64,000 nucleotides of DNA from Anaerolineae bacterium (lineage in GTDB: Bacteria; Chloroflexota; Anaerolineae; Aggregatilineales; Phototrophicaceae): positions 23,663 through 87,662 of the forward strand of contig DAOTTP010000335.1 of assembly GCA_034437835.1 (NCBI GenBank), written 5' to 3'. The notes below the pieces were generated by a model, which saw only the letters and a program-made list of their open reading frames with translations, did not search any database and had not been told where the DNA came from. A program made the translations under genes and the position numbers. Within the stretch, counting starts at the first letter, position 1. Each line of letters begins with the position of its first letter. Of the stretch, positions 26,682-36,931 are shown piece by piece.

Positions 26682-27650
26682 ATGAGAGCAACCGCTCAAG
26701 CGTATTCTAACATCGCATTTATCAAGTATTGGGGCAACGCCGACGAATCGTTGCGTTTGCCGTCAAATCCGTCGATGAGCATGAACCTCGAAGGCGTCAC
26801 GACTGTAACCAGTGTCGTTTGGGGGGACGAACCCGGCGCAGATACACTCAGTATCAATGGTGCCGCCGCCGACCCTAAAGCCACTCAGCGCGTATCCCAC
26901 CATCTGGAAGCCATCCGCCGCCGGTTAGGTGTTGAGGTACGGGCGGATGTCACCTCCGAGAACAACTTCCCGATGGGTGCGGGGATTGCTTCATCGGCAT
27001 CGTCTTTTGCGGCATTAACCCTAGCAGCGGTCACAGCGGCGGGAGCAATCCTCAGTGAACGGGAATTGTCCTGTATCGCTCGGTTAGGGTCGGGGTCGGC
27101 CTCGCGCTCTATCCCGGCTGGGTATGTTGAATGGTGTACTGGCGATACCCACGAGGAATCCGCCGCCTATACTATAGCGTCGGCCTCGCATTGGGATTTG
27201 GTCGATGTCGTCGGCATCATCAGTACCGGCCATAAGGATGTTGGCTCACGCGAAGGGCATGGTACGGCCTTGAGTAGTGATTATCAATCAACGCGAGTCG
27301 CCAGCGCACCCGCACGGCTTGAGCGCTGTAAAGAGGCGCTATTTGGGCGTGATTTCGTCAAATTCGCCGAGGTGGTGGAACATGATTCCAACATGATGCA
27401 CGCCGTCATGATGACCAGTCACCCCGCGCTGTTCTATTGGCGACCCGCTTCACTCTTGTTGATGGAGTCGGTACGCCGTTGGCGCAGCGAAGGCTTATCC
27501 GTCTGTTACACACTGGATGCAGGGCCGAATGTCCATTGTTTGACCACGGCGCAAGATGCGGACGAGGTTGAGCGCCGCGTGCGTTCATTGGCGGGTGTAC
27601 AAAATGCCCTCCGCGCACGAGTTGGGGGCGGCGCAACCGTCGTTGCCTAA
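26682..27650 (+). CDS. mvaD: (Di)phosphomevalonate decarboxylase, probably mevalonate-5-phosphate decarboxylase
   Basis: NIAFIKYWG, GIASSASSFAA, RLGSGSASRS, YTLDAGPNVH; clustered with IPK. Confidence 0.92.
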   Translation: MRATAQAYSNIAFIKYWGNADESLRLPSNPSMSMNLEGVTTVTSVVWGDEPGADTLSINGAAADPKATQRVSHHLEAIRRRLGVEVRADVTSENNFPMGAGIASSASSFAALTLAAVTAAGAILSERELSCIARLGSGSASRSIPAGYVEWCTGDTHEESAAYTIASASHWDLVDVVGIISTGHKDVGSREGHGTALSSDYQSTRVASAPARLERCKEALFGRDFVKFAEVVEHDSNMMHAVMMTSHPALFYWRPASLLLMESVRRWRSEGLSVCYTLDAGPNVHCLTTAQDADEVERRVRSLAGVQNALRARVGGGATVVA

Positions 27651-27760
27651 GCGTGTGGTGAACGTCCGTCCACGGATGGAATAGACCGGGGGTATACTAT
27701 TTCAAGCATAGAGGCCAGCAACTCACGGTTGTATTGGCTGTTGGAACATCGGAGTTCGCC

Positions 27761-29332
27761 ATGTTTGACTTCTTGGTTGGGAATGACTTCTTCGCGGCGC
27801 TATTGGCGTTTGCGTTGGTCTTAATCCCAGCAGTAATCGTCCATGAACTCGGCCATCTATTGGCCGCTAAAGCGGTTGGAATCACCATTTTGGAATTCGG
27901 GGTAGGGTATCCGCCTCGGCTATTCAAGTTGTTCCGGTGGGGAGAAACCGAGTTCACCTTTAATCTACTGCCATTGGGCGGCTTTGTCCGTCCCTTTGGT
28001 GAGGACATGATTCGTCCTCAATCTGCCGAGGAAGTGGCACGCGAACGCGCCAAATTGAATGAGGTCGATGTCGTTGAAGCACAAGCCCCCGTAGTCGATT
28101 CTGACCGTGCGCGCCTGCTACGGTTGGGAATCACCAACCCGCGCACGGTGAACGAGGCTAAACCGCTAGGGCGTATCTTCTTCATGGCAGCCGGGGCGAT
28201 TGCGAATGTGGTTGGTGCGTTCCTCATATTCGTGATTATCGGACTTATCGGCGCGGAAAACGTTGCTGGTCAAGCGGTCTACATCACAACGCTGGATCAA
28301 TCATCCGTCTTAGCTCAAGCGGGTCTGCAACCGGGCGACATCATCGAAACGGTCAATGGTGTGGCGTTTGATGGTTATACCGGCCTATCTGCTGCGCTGA
28401 ACACTGACCAGCCCATCGTTTTAGGCGTCGTAAGGATTACGGAGGTCGCTAAAGGGGTGCAATCGCCGCCAACGGCTGAAGAAGCCGCAGCGGAGCCGGA
28501 AATATCGGTTGAGGAGCTTAACGTCACCGTCACGCCGGGGATCGCTAGTGCCACTGAACAGAACTATACCCAGCAACTTGTGGTGAAAAACTACCAAGTT
28601 GGGTCGCCCGCCGATATTGGGGGGATTGAACCGGGCGATATTATGCTCAGTGCCGACGGCCAATCACTGGTACAGATTGACGCATTTGAAATCCTCAAGC
28701 GTGTCAACGAGGTCAATCAAGGCCGAGAATACACCCTGAAAGTTCAACGCGATGGCGAAACCGTTAACCTCTTGGTTACGCCACGGGTGAATCCGAAGCC
28801 TTCTGAAGGCTTTTTGGGCGCTGGTATCGAAATCGTCACTCTAGCGGGGCGTTGGGGCTTATCCGCCATCAACGGTCAAGATGTCATGGCCTATACGCCG
28901 CTGGGATTGGGTGGTGCGATACAGTACGGGTTTAATGAGGTGGGCAGTGTCCTCCAACAGATTGCCCAAATGCCCGCCCGCATCCTCAGCGGGGATGCTG
29001 AACCTGAAGAGAGCCGAGTGGTTAGTATCGTCGGTATCAGTCAATTGGGCGGGGTGCTATTGCAGGGCAGTATCGAGGGTGGGAATATCTACCCGTTCTT
29101 GCGCTTTGCCGCCCTCATCAGCATTGCGCTGGGCATCACCAACTTGCTACCCATCCCGCCCTTGGATGGCGGACGTATCTTGTTCGTCCTAATTGAGATC
29201 GTGCGGGGTAAACCACTTTCACAGCGTCTTGAAGACGCCATTATGATGACCGGGATCCTCTTGATGTTGGTCTTGGGGGTTGTCTTCATCATCAACGACA
29301 TCCGAGACCCGATCATCAATATGCTTCGGTAA
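27761..29332 (+). CDS. rseP: RseP-like site-2 (M50) intramembrane metalloprotease with two PDZ domains
   Basis: HELGH, LLPLGGFV, AG...N, NLLPIPPLDGG; GGAG SD before ATG 27761. Confidence 0.9.
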   Translation: MFDFLVGNDFFAALLAFALVLIPAVIVHELGHLLAAKAVGITILEFGVGYPPRLFKLFRWGETEFTFNLLPLGGFVRPFGEDMIRPQSAEEVARERAKLNEVDVVEAQAPVVDSDRARLLRLGITNPRTVNEAKPLGRIFFMAAGAIANVVGAFLIFVIIGLIGAENVAGQAVYITTLDQSSVLAQAGLQPGDIIETVNGVAFDGYTGLSAALNTDQPIVLGVVRITEVAKGVQSPPTAEEAAAEPEISVEELNVTVTPGIASATEQNYTQQLVVKNYQVGSPADIGGIEPGDIMLSADGQSLVQIDAFEILKRVNEVNQGREYTLKVQRDGETVNLLVTPRVNPKPSEGFLGAGIEIVTLAGRWGLSAINGQDVMAYTPLGLGGAIQYGFNEVGSVLQQIAQMPARILSGDAEPEESRVVSIVGISQLGGVLLQGSIEGGNIYPFLRFAALISIALGITNLLPIPPLDGGRILFVLIEIVRGKPLSQRLEDAIMMTGILLMLVLGVVFIINDIRDPIINMLR

Positions 29333-29357
29333 CGGTGCATCACGGAAGGAATAAAAC

Positions 29358-30347
29358 GTGGGAGTAAAAGACGAAATCCGCCCGGTTAATCCGGGCTTCA
29401 GCCATACATTATCCGTGTTGTCTCAGTTCATCGCTGGGCGGCGCGTCCCCGACCTCATTATTAGAGGTTTGTCTAAAGTCCTACCGTCTCAAATGGCCGA
29501 TGTCATCACCGTTTGGGCGGCACTGGCGACAGATGATCGGCGCGAAATCATGACAGCGTTGGTCGAGGCTGCGGCGAGCGACTTTGAACTGGATTTCACG
29601 GCGTTCGGCATTTTCGCATTGACCGACCCAGATGCGGAGGTGCGCCAGACCGCCATTGACCTCTTGAGCGAACAAATCAACCTAGTCCACATGGCACGGC
29701 TGTTGGATATGGCACAGCATGACGGGGTTGATGATGTCCGTGCATCGGCGATCCAAGCACTAGGCCCCATCATCCTTGATGCTGAACTGGGTAAACTGCC
29801 GGAAGATCAAGTCGCACCGGTGGTTGATTATCTCTTGGCGCTGCTTGCTGATCGTCGAACCGATGTGCTGGTACGCGCTCGTGCGCTGGAGGCCGTGGCA
29901 CACAGCAGTCATGAGACCATTTCCGCGCAGATTAAACGGGCGTATGAGGGCGAAGAACCCCGCATGAAGACGGCGGCACTGGTTGCGATGGGCGCGAGCA
30001 GTGATGAGATATGGGGTGAAGTCATCGTTGATGAGCTTGCCAGTCGCCAACCGGCCAATCGCTATGAGGCAGCACGGGCGGCTGGTGAACTCAATCTGAT
30101 TGAAGCCGTGCCAAAGCTATCGCGGTTGGCATTGGAAGATGAAGGGCAAGTCCGTAATATCGCCATCTGGGCATTGGGCGAAATCGGTGGCAAAGAGGCG
30201 CTGCGCGTTTTGGAAGCCATGATGGAACAGGCTGATGAGGATGACGATGAGGCGCTAACGGACTTGCTGGAAGAAGCGCTGGACGCGGCCAGTGTTTCAG
30301 AAGGCCAAGTCTACGGCTTCGGCAATGACTTCGATTTGAAATCGTGA
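29358..30347 (+). CDS. HEAT/PBS-lyase repeat protein
   Basis: Repeated VR..AI.ALG-type helices; AAGGA SD. Confidence 0.85.
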   Translation: MGVKDEIRPVNPGFSHTLSVLSQFIAGRRVPDLIIRGLSKVLPSQMADVITVWAALATDDRREIMTALVEAAASDFELDFTAFGIFALTDPDAEVRQTAIDLLSEQINLVHMARLLDMAQHDGVDDVRASAIQALGPIILDAELGKLPEDQVAPVVDYLLALLADRRTDVLVRARALEAVAHSSHETISAQIKRAYEGEEPRMKTAALVAMGASSDEIWGEVIVDELASRQPANRYEAARAAGELNLIEAVPKLSRLALEDEGQVRNIAIWALGEIGGKEALRVLEAMMEQADEDDDEALTDLLEEALDAASVSEGQVYGFGNDFDLKS

Positions 30348-30356
30348 GGATATGAC

Positions 30357-31319
30357 ATGACTTGGGCGCTAATTATTCTAAGTTGGGTTTGGGGTGGAGG
30401 TCTGTCACAAACGACGCCCGTCCCGACACCGACCATCGACGTGACACCTGTTGTTGAGGAGGCCAGCGATACACCGCCATTCGAGGCGCTAACGCAGGCG
30501 GACTTGAGCGTAATCACAGGTAATGTTCAGCGCCCAAATGGGATGGTCTGGTTCAACGATAAGCTGTATATCATCTGCACTGGCGACTGGACGGTGTATG
30601 AGGTCGATTCGGTGACTGGCACTACTCGCACCTATATCTACGGTGTGCGAAACGGTCACATGCTGGTTGCAGAGGCTGATGACCAAGATGTTGTGACGTT
30701 GTGGGTTCCCGATTTCGACACCGAGAGATTGCTCAATGTCCAGACCGTCCGTGCGGCGCAAACAACCTCTGAAGGGTATACGAACCCGTGGGGGATTGCA
30801 GTATTGGATTCTGAATCGTTCCTCATCACCAATCTCGGCGCAGATTCGTTGGTGCGCGCCACTCGTGACGGCGATATTACGCCAGTGGCAGAGGGATTCC
30901 GTTCTCCGACGGGCGTAGCCGTTGATAGCGAGCGTGTGTATATCGCCAATAGTGGCAGCGCACGCCGTTCGATTGAATGGCTAGATCGCGCTGCGGTAGA
31001 GGCGGGTGAAAGTGTTACGCCGGAAGCGCTGGTACGCGGGCTGCAAAACACCTCTGGGATGGTGCTTGCGCCGGACGGATATCTGTATTTCTCTTATGGG
31101 TTGGGGACTCGCGGGGTAGTCGGGCGTATCGACCCAGAAGTGTGCGCCGAGGCTGGTGGTTGCGATAACGATCAGGTTGAGGTGGTGTTGTATACCGACC
31201 TATCTGCGCCGTTGTCAGGCTTAACCATCTCTGATGATATGCGGATGTTCGTGCATACCATGTTCCGCCCGGAAATCTATTGGGTGCAACTTCCGATTCC
31301 AGCAGTCGAGAGCGAATAA
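30357..31319 (+). CDS. Exported beta-propeller (NHL/SMP-30-like) protein
   Basis: Repeats RPNGM, NPWGIAV, SPTGVAV, NTSGMVLAPDG; hydrophobic N-terminus with Pro/Thr linker. Confidence 0.7.
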   Translation: MTWALIILSWVWGGGLSQTTPVPTPTIDVTPVVEEASDTPPFEALTQADLSVITGNVQRPNGMVWFNDKLYIICTGDWTVYEVDSVTGTTRTYIYGVRNGHMLVAEADDQDVVTLWVPDFDTERLLNVQTVRAAQTTSEGYTNPWGIAVLDSESFLITNLGADSLVRATRDGDITPVAEGFRSPTGVAVDSERVYIANSGSARRSIEWLDRAAVEAGESVTPEALVRGLQNTSGMVLAPDGYLYFSYGLGTRGVVGRIDPEVCAEAGGCDNDQVEVVLYTDLSAPLSGLTISDDMRMFVHTMFRPEIYWVQLPIPAVESE

Positions 31320-31338
31320 CATCGCCTAAACTGGAATC

Positions 31339-31380
31339 AAAAACGCGGGATGCTTTTTCAGCGTCCCGCGTTTTTCTTTT
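31339..31380. terminator. Bidirectional intrinsic terminator
   Basis: AAAAACGCGGGATGC...GCGTCCCGCGTTTTT. Confidence 0.85.
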
Positions 31381-31382
31381 GC

Positions 31383-31631
31383 CTATTTGCCAAGTGGCGC
31401 TGAGACAGTCAAGCCAATCAGCGCGAACAACACGCCGATGCTGTGGATGAGCGTTGCAACGATGTCTAACGCCCGTGATGCGGTGATATAACCGAGGATT
31501 TGAAGCAACAATGCCACCGTTACCAGCAAAATGCCGATGACCATTGGTAAGCCACGCCGTTTCGACAACCCGGACGAGGTGACGTCAATCAATTTCCCAA
31601 GACGCTTAGAGCGATCAATTTGTCTGAACAT
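31383..31631 (-). CDS. Small two-TM membrane protein, coupled to hflX
   Basis: TAATG stop/start overlap with hflX; two hydrophobic segments. Confidence 0.7.
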   Translation of the reverse strand: MFRQIDRSKRLGKLIDVTSSGLSKRRGLPMVIGILLVTVALLLQILGYITASRALDIVATLIHSIGVLFALIGLTVSAPLGK

Positions 31632-32938
31632 TAATGCACCTGAAACTCTGCGTAAAAATCTGCTAACGCTGCGGAGGTGCGAAGCGTCAAGGTGACGCCC
31701 TCGGGGTCATCGCTGCGTTCCATCACGGTGGTGTGTTGGTAAATTGCTGAAACCACCTCACCACGATTATACGGGATAGACAGCTTTATGGTACGCAGAG
31801 AATGTGCCAGACTTTCTTCAATGACATGGAGCAGGTTATCAATCCCTGTTTTCTGGTGGGCAGAGATGATGACCGAATCTACATAATGGCGTTCTTCTGG
31901 GAGAGGCGGGGTTTGCCCAGACGGCCATTGGTCAGCCTTGTTCCAGACCAGAATACGCGGGATGGCCGGGACATCAATCTCTGCGAGGGTGTCCTCGACG
32001 GCTTCGATGTGTTGCGCGACATTGGGGTGCGACATATCGACCACATGCAGCAGCATATCCGCCTCGGCAACCTCTTCCAATGTGGCGCGGAAGGCCGCAA
32101 TCAGCGATGTCGGCAGTTTTTGGATAAATCCTACCGTATCAGAAATGATGGCTTGACGCCCGCTGGGAAGTGTCAGTTTGCGGGTAGTGGGGTCTAGCGT
32201 GGCAAATAATTGGTCTGCCACATACGTACCGGCATCGGTTAGCGTATTGATGAGGGTTGATTTACCAGCATTGGTATAGCCGACCAGCGCGATGACAGGG
32301 ATACCACTGCGCGCTCGTTGGGTGCGCTGTCTGCTGCGATGCCCACGCACGACCTCTAAATCTTGCTTGAGTTTGATGATCTTCCGACTGATTTCTCGTT
32401 GGTCAACCTCAAGCTGAGTTTCGCCGGGGCCGCGCAAGCCTACGCCCGATGACGACCCTTTGCCGCCCGCTTGACGCGCAAGATGCGTCCATTGACGGGT
32501 CAGGCGGGGTTTACGGTACTCATACTGCGCCAACTCAACTTGTAGCCCACCTTCACGAGTATTGGCGTGTTGAGCGAAAATATCTAGGATGAGGGCTGAA
32601 CGGTCAATGACCTTCATGTTTTCGCCGAGATGCTTTTCAATCCCACGTTGGTGGCGTGGGGAGAGTTCATCGTCAAAAATGGCTACGGTGGCGTTGGCAT
32701 CAATCATTAACTGCTGGACTTCTTCCAGCTTGCCGGGGCCGATATAGGTGGACGGGTTGATGCTCTTGAGGTTTTGCGTGATTTGGCCGACCACATCCAT
32801 ACCGGCAGTATCGGCCAGTTGGAGCAACTCGGCCAGTGAATCTTCCATAGACATAAGCGGGCGAGAGATGCTTATCGACGCCGCGACAAGGATTGCCCGC
32901 TCACGCTCAATTTGGGTAGCGAAATGGATATCAGGCAT
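31631..32938 (-). CDS. hflX: GTPase HflX
   Basis: LILDIFAQHA, GPGETQLEVD, GYTNAGKS, LFATLD, DTVGF, NKAD. Confidence 0.97.
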   Translation of the reverse strand: MPDIHFATQIERERAILVAASISISRPLMSMEDSLAELLQLADTAGMDVVGQITQNLKSINPSTYIGPGKLEEVQQLMIDANATVAIFDDELSPRHQRGIEKHLGENMKVIDRSALILDIFAQHANTREGGLQVELAQYEYRKPRLTRQWTHLARQAGGKGSSSGVGLRGPGETQLEVDQREISRKIIKLKQDLEVVRGHRSRQRTQRARSGIPVIALVGYTNAGKSTLINTLTDAGTYVADQLFATLDPTTRKLTLPSGRQAIISDTVGFIQKLPTSLIAAFRATLEEVAEADMLLHVVDMSHPNVAQHIEAVEDTLAEIDVPAIPRILVWNKADQWPSGQTPPLPEERHYVDSVIISAHQKTGIDNLLHVIEESLAHSLRTIKLSIPYNRGEVVSAIYQHTTVMERSDDPEGVTLTLRTSAALADFYAEFQVH

Positions 32939-34103
32939 ATTTGGTTGAATACCACGCCTTTAACTGTTCAATTGCTTGGTCAAATTCGTCGTCCGTCACC
33001 CCGACGCTAAAACGGAGATAGTCTGTGCCGCCGGGGCCATAAGCATCACCGGGTGCAAGCGATACATGTGCCTCGGTCAGCGCTTCTTCGACATATTGTG
33101 AAGCGCTAATCCGACTGGGCTTCGCCCAGATATATAATGTGGCCTTCGGGCATTCTGCGACTAGGCCAATGTCCGGTAGCGCGGCCATCAATTTATCGCG
33201 GCGGCGTTTATAGGTCTCATTACGCGCATCAATCCAGCTTTGCGGCGTGTTATCCAGCGCATGAACCCCGGCTGCGTAAATGGCATTGAAATGGCCGCTG
33301 TCGATGTTGCTCTTGATTTTCAGCAGCGTTTCTACGGCTTGCGATGAGCCAACCGCCGCGCCCAATCGCCAGCCCGCCATATTGTGGCTCTTAGAGAGCG
33401 AGACGAACTCTAGCGTGACATCCTTCGCGCCGGGGACTTGTAAAGCGCTAGGGGCGTCGTAGCCGTCGAATGTGACTTCACAGTACGGGTTATCTGAGGC
33501 CAACAGCATGTCGTGTTTCTTACAGAAGGCCACGGCACGTTCGTAAAAGTCTAATCCAACGACTGCGCCGGTAGGATTATTGGGGTAGTTGACCCAAATG
33601 AGTTTTGCCGGGTGCTGTTCTGGTGGGATGGCGTCGAAATTAACCTCGTAGTTGTGTGCAGCATCGACTGGAACCCATCCGATTTCCGCCCCGCTGAGGC
33701 GGACGCCTTGCATATAAGACGGATACCCGACATCTGGGATTAAAGCGAGGTCGCCCCGGTCACAATACGCCATGCACAGGTTGACGATGCCTTCCTTACT
33801 CCCGATGAGGGGGAGGACTTCGGTATTCGGGTCGATGGTCACATTAAACCGACGCTTATAGTAGCGGGCTATGGCTTCACGAAACGCTGGCAAGCCGCGA
33901 TAGCCCGCGTAACCATGATTCGTGGGTTTGGAGGCTGCCGCGTAGAGCGCATCAACCACATCGGAAGGCGGCGGCGCGTCTGGACTACCGATGTCTAAGC
34001 GCAGAACCTTGATCCCTGCCTGTTGCATCACGCGGATTCTATCCCCAATCCCTGCAAAGACATAGGTAGGGAGGTTGGCGAGGCGTTGGGCTACTGATGG
34101 CAT
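32931..34103 (-). CDS. Class I/II PLP aminotransferase, LL-diaminopimelate aminotransferase-like
   Basis: LIGSKEG, NYPNNPTG, DNPY, SLSKSHNMAGWRLG. Confidence 0.85.
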   Translation of the reverse strand: MPSVAQRLANLPTYVFAGIGDRIRVMQQAGIKVLRLDIGSPDAPPPSDVVDALYAAASKPTNHGYAGYRGLPAFREAIARYYKRRFNVTIDPNTEVLPLIGSKEGIVNLCMAYCDRGDLALIPDVGYPSYMQGVRLSGAEIGWVPVDAAHNYEVNFDAIPPEQHPAKLIWVNYPNNPTGAVVGLDFYERAVAFCKKHDMLLASDNPYCEVTFDGYDAPSALQVPGAKDVTLEFVSLSKSHNMAGWRLGAAVGSSQAVETLLKIKSNIDSGHFNAIYAAGVHALDNTPQSWIDARNETYKRRRDKLMAALPDIGLVAECPKATLYIWAKPSRISASQYVEEALTEAHVSLAPGDAYGPGGTDYLRFSVGVTDDEFDQAIEQLKAWYSTKYA

Positions 34104-34132
34104 GGCTAAGACCCTTTCTTTGGTGAAAATTC

Positions 34133-35479
34133 CTATTCTACAGGTAATGTGACGGGGTATACCGGCTCGTTGACTGCTATGGCAGCTGCCTGTAAGTCAG
34201 CAAGGGCGCGTTCGGCATAAGCGCCATAACGATCCCGCTTGTTCTTCACTTTATCCGACAACTCCGGCATGATGCCAAAATTAGCCTTCATTGGCTGAAA
34301 ATGCTTCGGTTCGGCGTGAGTGACATAATGCGCGAGTGCGCCCAACATACTGGTCGGCGGCAAAACAAGGCTGGCTTGATTGTTGAGATGGCGAGACAAA
34401 TTGATGGCCGCCAATAATCCGGTTGCGATGTTGCCGACATAGCCCTCAACGCCGACGATTTGACCGGCAAAGAATAAATCTGGTCGTCCCCGATAGGCCA
34501 TTGTCGGCTCTAAGAGGGTAGGAGCGTTGATAAAGGTGTTACGGTGCATTTGCCCCATACGGACGAACTCTGCTTGTGCGAGGCCGGGAATCAGGCGGAG
34601 GATGCGTTCTTGGTCGCCCCATTTGATATTGGTCTGGAAGCCCACGATGTTATAGAGGCTACCCGCGAGATTATCTCGGCGGAGTTGCACCACCGCATGA
34701 GGGCGTTTACCAGTACGTGGGTCGCGCAGCCCTACTGGGCGCATCGGGCCATAGGCTAAGGTATCATCACCGCGCGACGCCAACTGTTCAATTGGGATGC
34801 AGCCCTCAAAGAAATGAGGGTCTTCTTGCTCAAAATCACGTAATTCTGCGTGTTCCGCCCCACGAATCGCATTGATGAACGTGAAATATTCCTCTTTGTT
34901 CATCGGGCAGTTGATATAGTCATCGTCGCCACGGTCATAGCGACTGGCGGCGAATGCCAATCCCATATCAATCGTATCCGCAACGACGATAGGTGAAATC
35001 GCGTCATAAAAATACAGATATTGCTGACCGGTTAAGGCCGCGATTTTCTGTGATAGAGCGGGGGAGGTCAGCGGCCCAGTGGCGACGATGGTCGGACCCT
35101 CTGGCAATTCTGTGACCTCCTCGCGCTTAAGGGTGATATTGGGATGGTTGCCAATCGAGTCGGTGACGGTCTGCGAGAATACCTCGCGGTCAACCGCCAA
35201 TGCACCACCGGCTGGCACAGCGCACGCCTCGGCGGTCTGTATTAGTTTTGACCCAAACAGTCGGAGTTCTGCTTGGAGGACGCCGGTTGCGCGGTCTGCA
35301 AGTTTTGAACCCAACGAATTACTGCATACCAATTCGGCCAAACGGTCAGAAACGTGTGCGCCGGTAGAACGCACGGGGCGCATCTCGTATAAGATCACCT
35401 CGTGACCACGCTCGGCAAGTTGCCAAGCCGCCTCTGAGCCGGCTAATCCGCCGCCAATCACATGAATTTTAGGGGTCAT
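34133..35479 (-). CDS. trmFO: Folate/FAD-dependent tRNA m5U54 methyltransferase
   Basis: [55 protein letters not shown]. Confidence 0.97.
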   Translation of the reverse strand: MTPKIHVIGGGLAGSEAAWQLAERGHEVILYEMRPVRSTGAHVSDRLAELVCSNSLGSKLADRATGVLQAELRLFGSKLIQTAEACAVPAGGALAVDREVFSQTVTDSIGNHPNITLKREEVTELPEGPTIVATGPLTSPALSQKIAALTGQQYLYFYDAISPIVVADTIDMGLAFAASRYDRGDDDYINCPMNKEEYFTFINAIRGAEHAELRDFEQEDPHFFEGCIPIEQLASRGDDTLAYGPMRPVGLRDPRTGKRPHAVVQLRRDNLAGSLYNIVGFQTNIKWGDQERILRLIPGLAQAEFVRMGQMHRNTFINAPTLLEPTMAYRGRPDLFFAGQIVGVEGYVGNIATGLLAAINLSRHLNNQASLVLPPTSMLGALAHYVTHAEPKHFQPMKANFGIMPELSDKVKNKRDRYGAYAERALADLQAAAIAVNEPVYPVTLPVE

Positions 35480-35530
35480 TGTCTACGTATATCTCTCTTT
35501 TAGCCTATCGCTTTATTTTAACGCGCCCAG

Positions 35531-36793
35531 TTACGGGGTGACAGGGTTCTGCTTGGCGGCATTGATGGCATATTGCCGGTATTGGGTGATTTTGGCAGTG
35601 CTGGGGTCATTGGCCGGTATCATCGCCAGTGCCGCATCAAAGGCCGTTGCAGCCTTCTCAAATTGCCCCATCGCGTAGTAGGCGCTGCCTAGTAAGTCAT
35701 AGGCTTGAAAATCAGCCGTCTGTTCCTCGGCCTTTGCATCATTGATGGCGCGTTGTACGGCCTGTGCAGCGGTTTCATATAACCCTTGCTGGTAGTAGGC
35801 GCGTGCGATCCGTAGGTAAATTGAGATCTCCCACGGGTGGTATGGGTTGTATTGGAGGACGGCAAGATAGGCCGTCACAGCACGCTCATATAACCCAGCC
35901 AAGAAACAAGCATCGCCCAACATTTCATAGGCGCGTGACCATGTGACATCAATCCCCGGCGGGCGCTTGGAAAGTTGGAAATATTGCGCCAAAACTTCTA
36001 TAACACGCTGTTCTTGCCCTTCTGCGCGGGAGAATATTTCAGAGGCAGTGAAGAGTGCCTCTAATACGCTTGCCCGTGCCAATCCGCGATATGCGGCTAA
36101 TTTAAGCGCGATATTGGCCGATTTAACCGCCTCATCAAGCCGGTGCATATCGCGCAGGATACGTCCATTCAAGAGATGGGCTTGAATCAACCAAGCGCGA
36201 TCTTCGCTAGATGGGTAGGTTTGAATGGCTTTTTCCAGATAGATTAATGCCTGTCGGAAGTCTCGCTGCTCATAAAAAGCTGTGAATCCCAACCGCTCAT
36301 AGGCATACGAGGTTAAGGCGGTGACGTGAGAAGGTTTCATCAAGGCGCGTTGGAATGAATCGACGGCGCGTTCAACTTGGCTGCCGGAAAGTAAAAGACG
36401 TCCGAATTGATATAGCACCCAGCCGTAGTTTTCATAGTTTGGGAATTGCGCTAACAGATGGGTATAGAGTCGCTCTGCATTTGCCCAATCGCTACGTTCG
36501 GCAAAACCCAACGCCGATAATTCATAGCGTGCGAAAAAACAGTCTGCCTGAAGCTCTTGCGCGTGTGGTAGCGTCATAATGTCTGGAGACAACAAAGCCG
36601 CCCGCGAGATGTCTTCTAGGCCGCCTTCTGGGCGACTGGTCAAGAGTTTGGCTTGGGCGCGTAGCAACAACAATTTGGCCTGAAACTGGGCGGGGTTTGT
36701 GACGCGCAACGCCCGTGTGATTTTTACTTCTGCTGTCTTGATTTTGCGCTGACGCAGCAGCCCTTCAATCTCGTCAAGTCGAATAGTCATCAC
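35531..36793 (-). CDS. Tetratricopeptide repeat protein
   Basis: Multiple LG..Y...G....A...F..AL TPR units. Confidence 0.85.
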   Translation of the reverse strand: MMTIRLDEIEGLLRQRKIKTAEVKITRALRVTNPAQFQAKLLLLRAQAKLLTSRPEGGLEDISRAALLSPDIMTLPHAQELQADCFFARYELSALGFAERSDWANAERLYTHLLAQFPNYENYGWVLYQFGRLLLSGSQVERAVDSFQRALMKPSHVTALTSYAYERLGFTAFYEQRDFRQALIYLEKAIQTYPSSEDRAWLIQAHLLNGRILRDMHRLDEAVKSANIALKLAAYRGLARASVLEALFTASEIFSRAEGQEQRVIEVLAQYFQLSKRPPGIDVTWSRAYEMLGDACFLAGLYERAVTAYLAVLQYNPYHPWEISIYLRIARAYYQQGLYETAAQAVQRAINDAKAEEQTADFQAYDLLGSAYYAMGQFEKAATAFDAALAMIPANDPSTAKITQYRQYAINAAKQNPVTP

Positions 36794-36867
36794 AGCCCAA
36801 TCAAAATCCTAAGCAGAAACGATATTGTTGCCCCCACAATACACGAACAGCGCTGATTATGCCACCA

Positions 36868-36906
36868 GAAACATGACAGGCCGCACTGATGAAGGCGGCC
36901 TGTCAT
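36868..36906 (-). terminator. Hairpin, probable terminator after fabF
   Basis: ATGACAGGCCGC-loop-GCGGCCTGTCAT, followed by GTTTCT on the minus strand. Confidence 0.6.
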
Positions 36907-36931
36907 TGGGTTCACACTGCGCGTGATGTCG

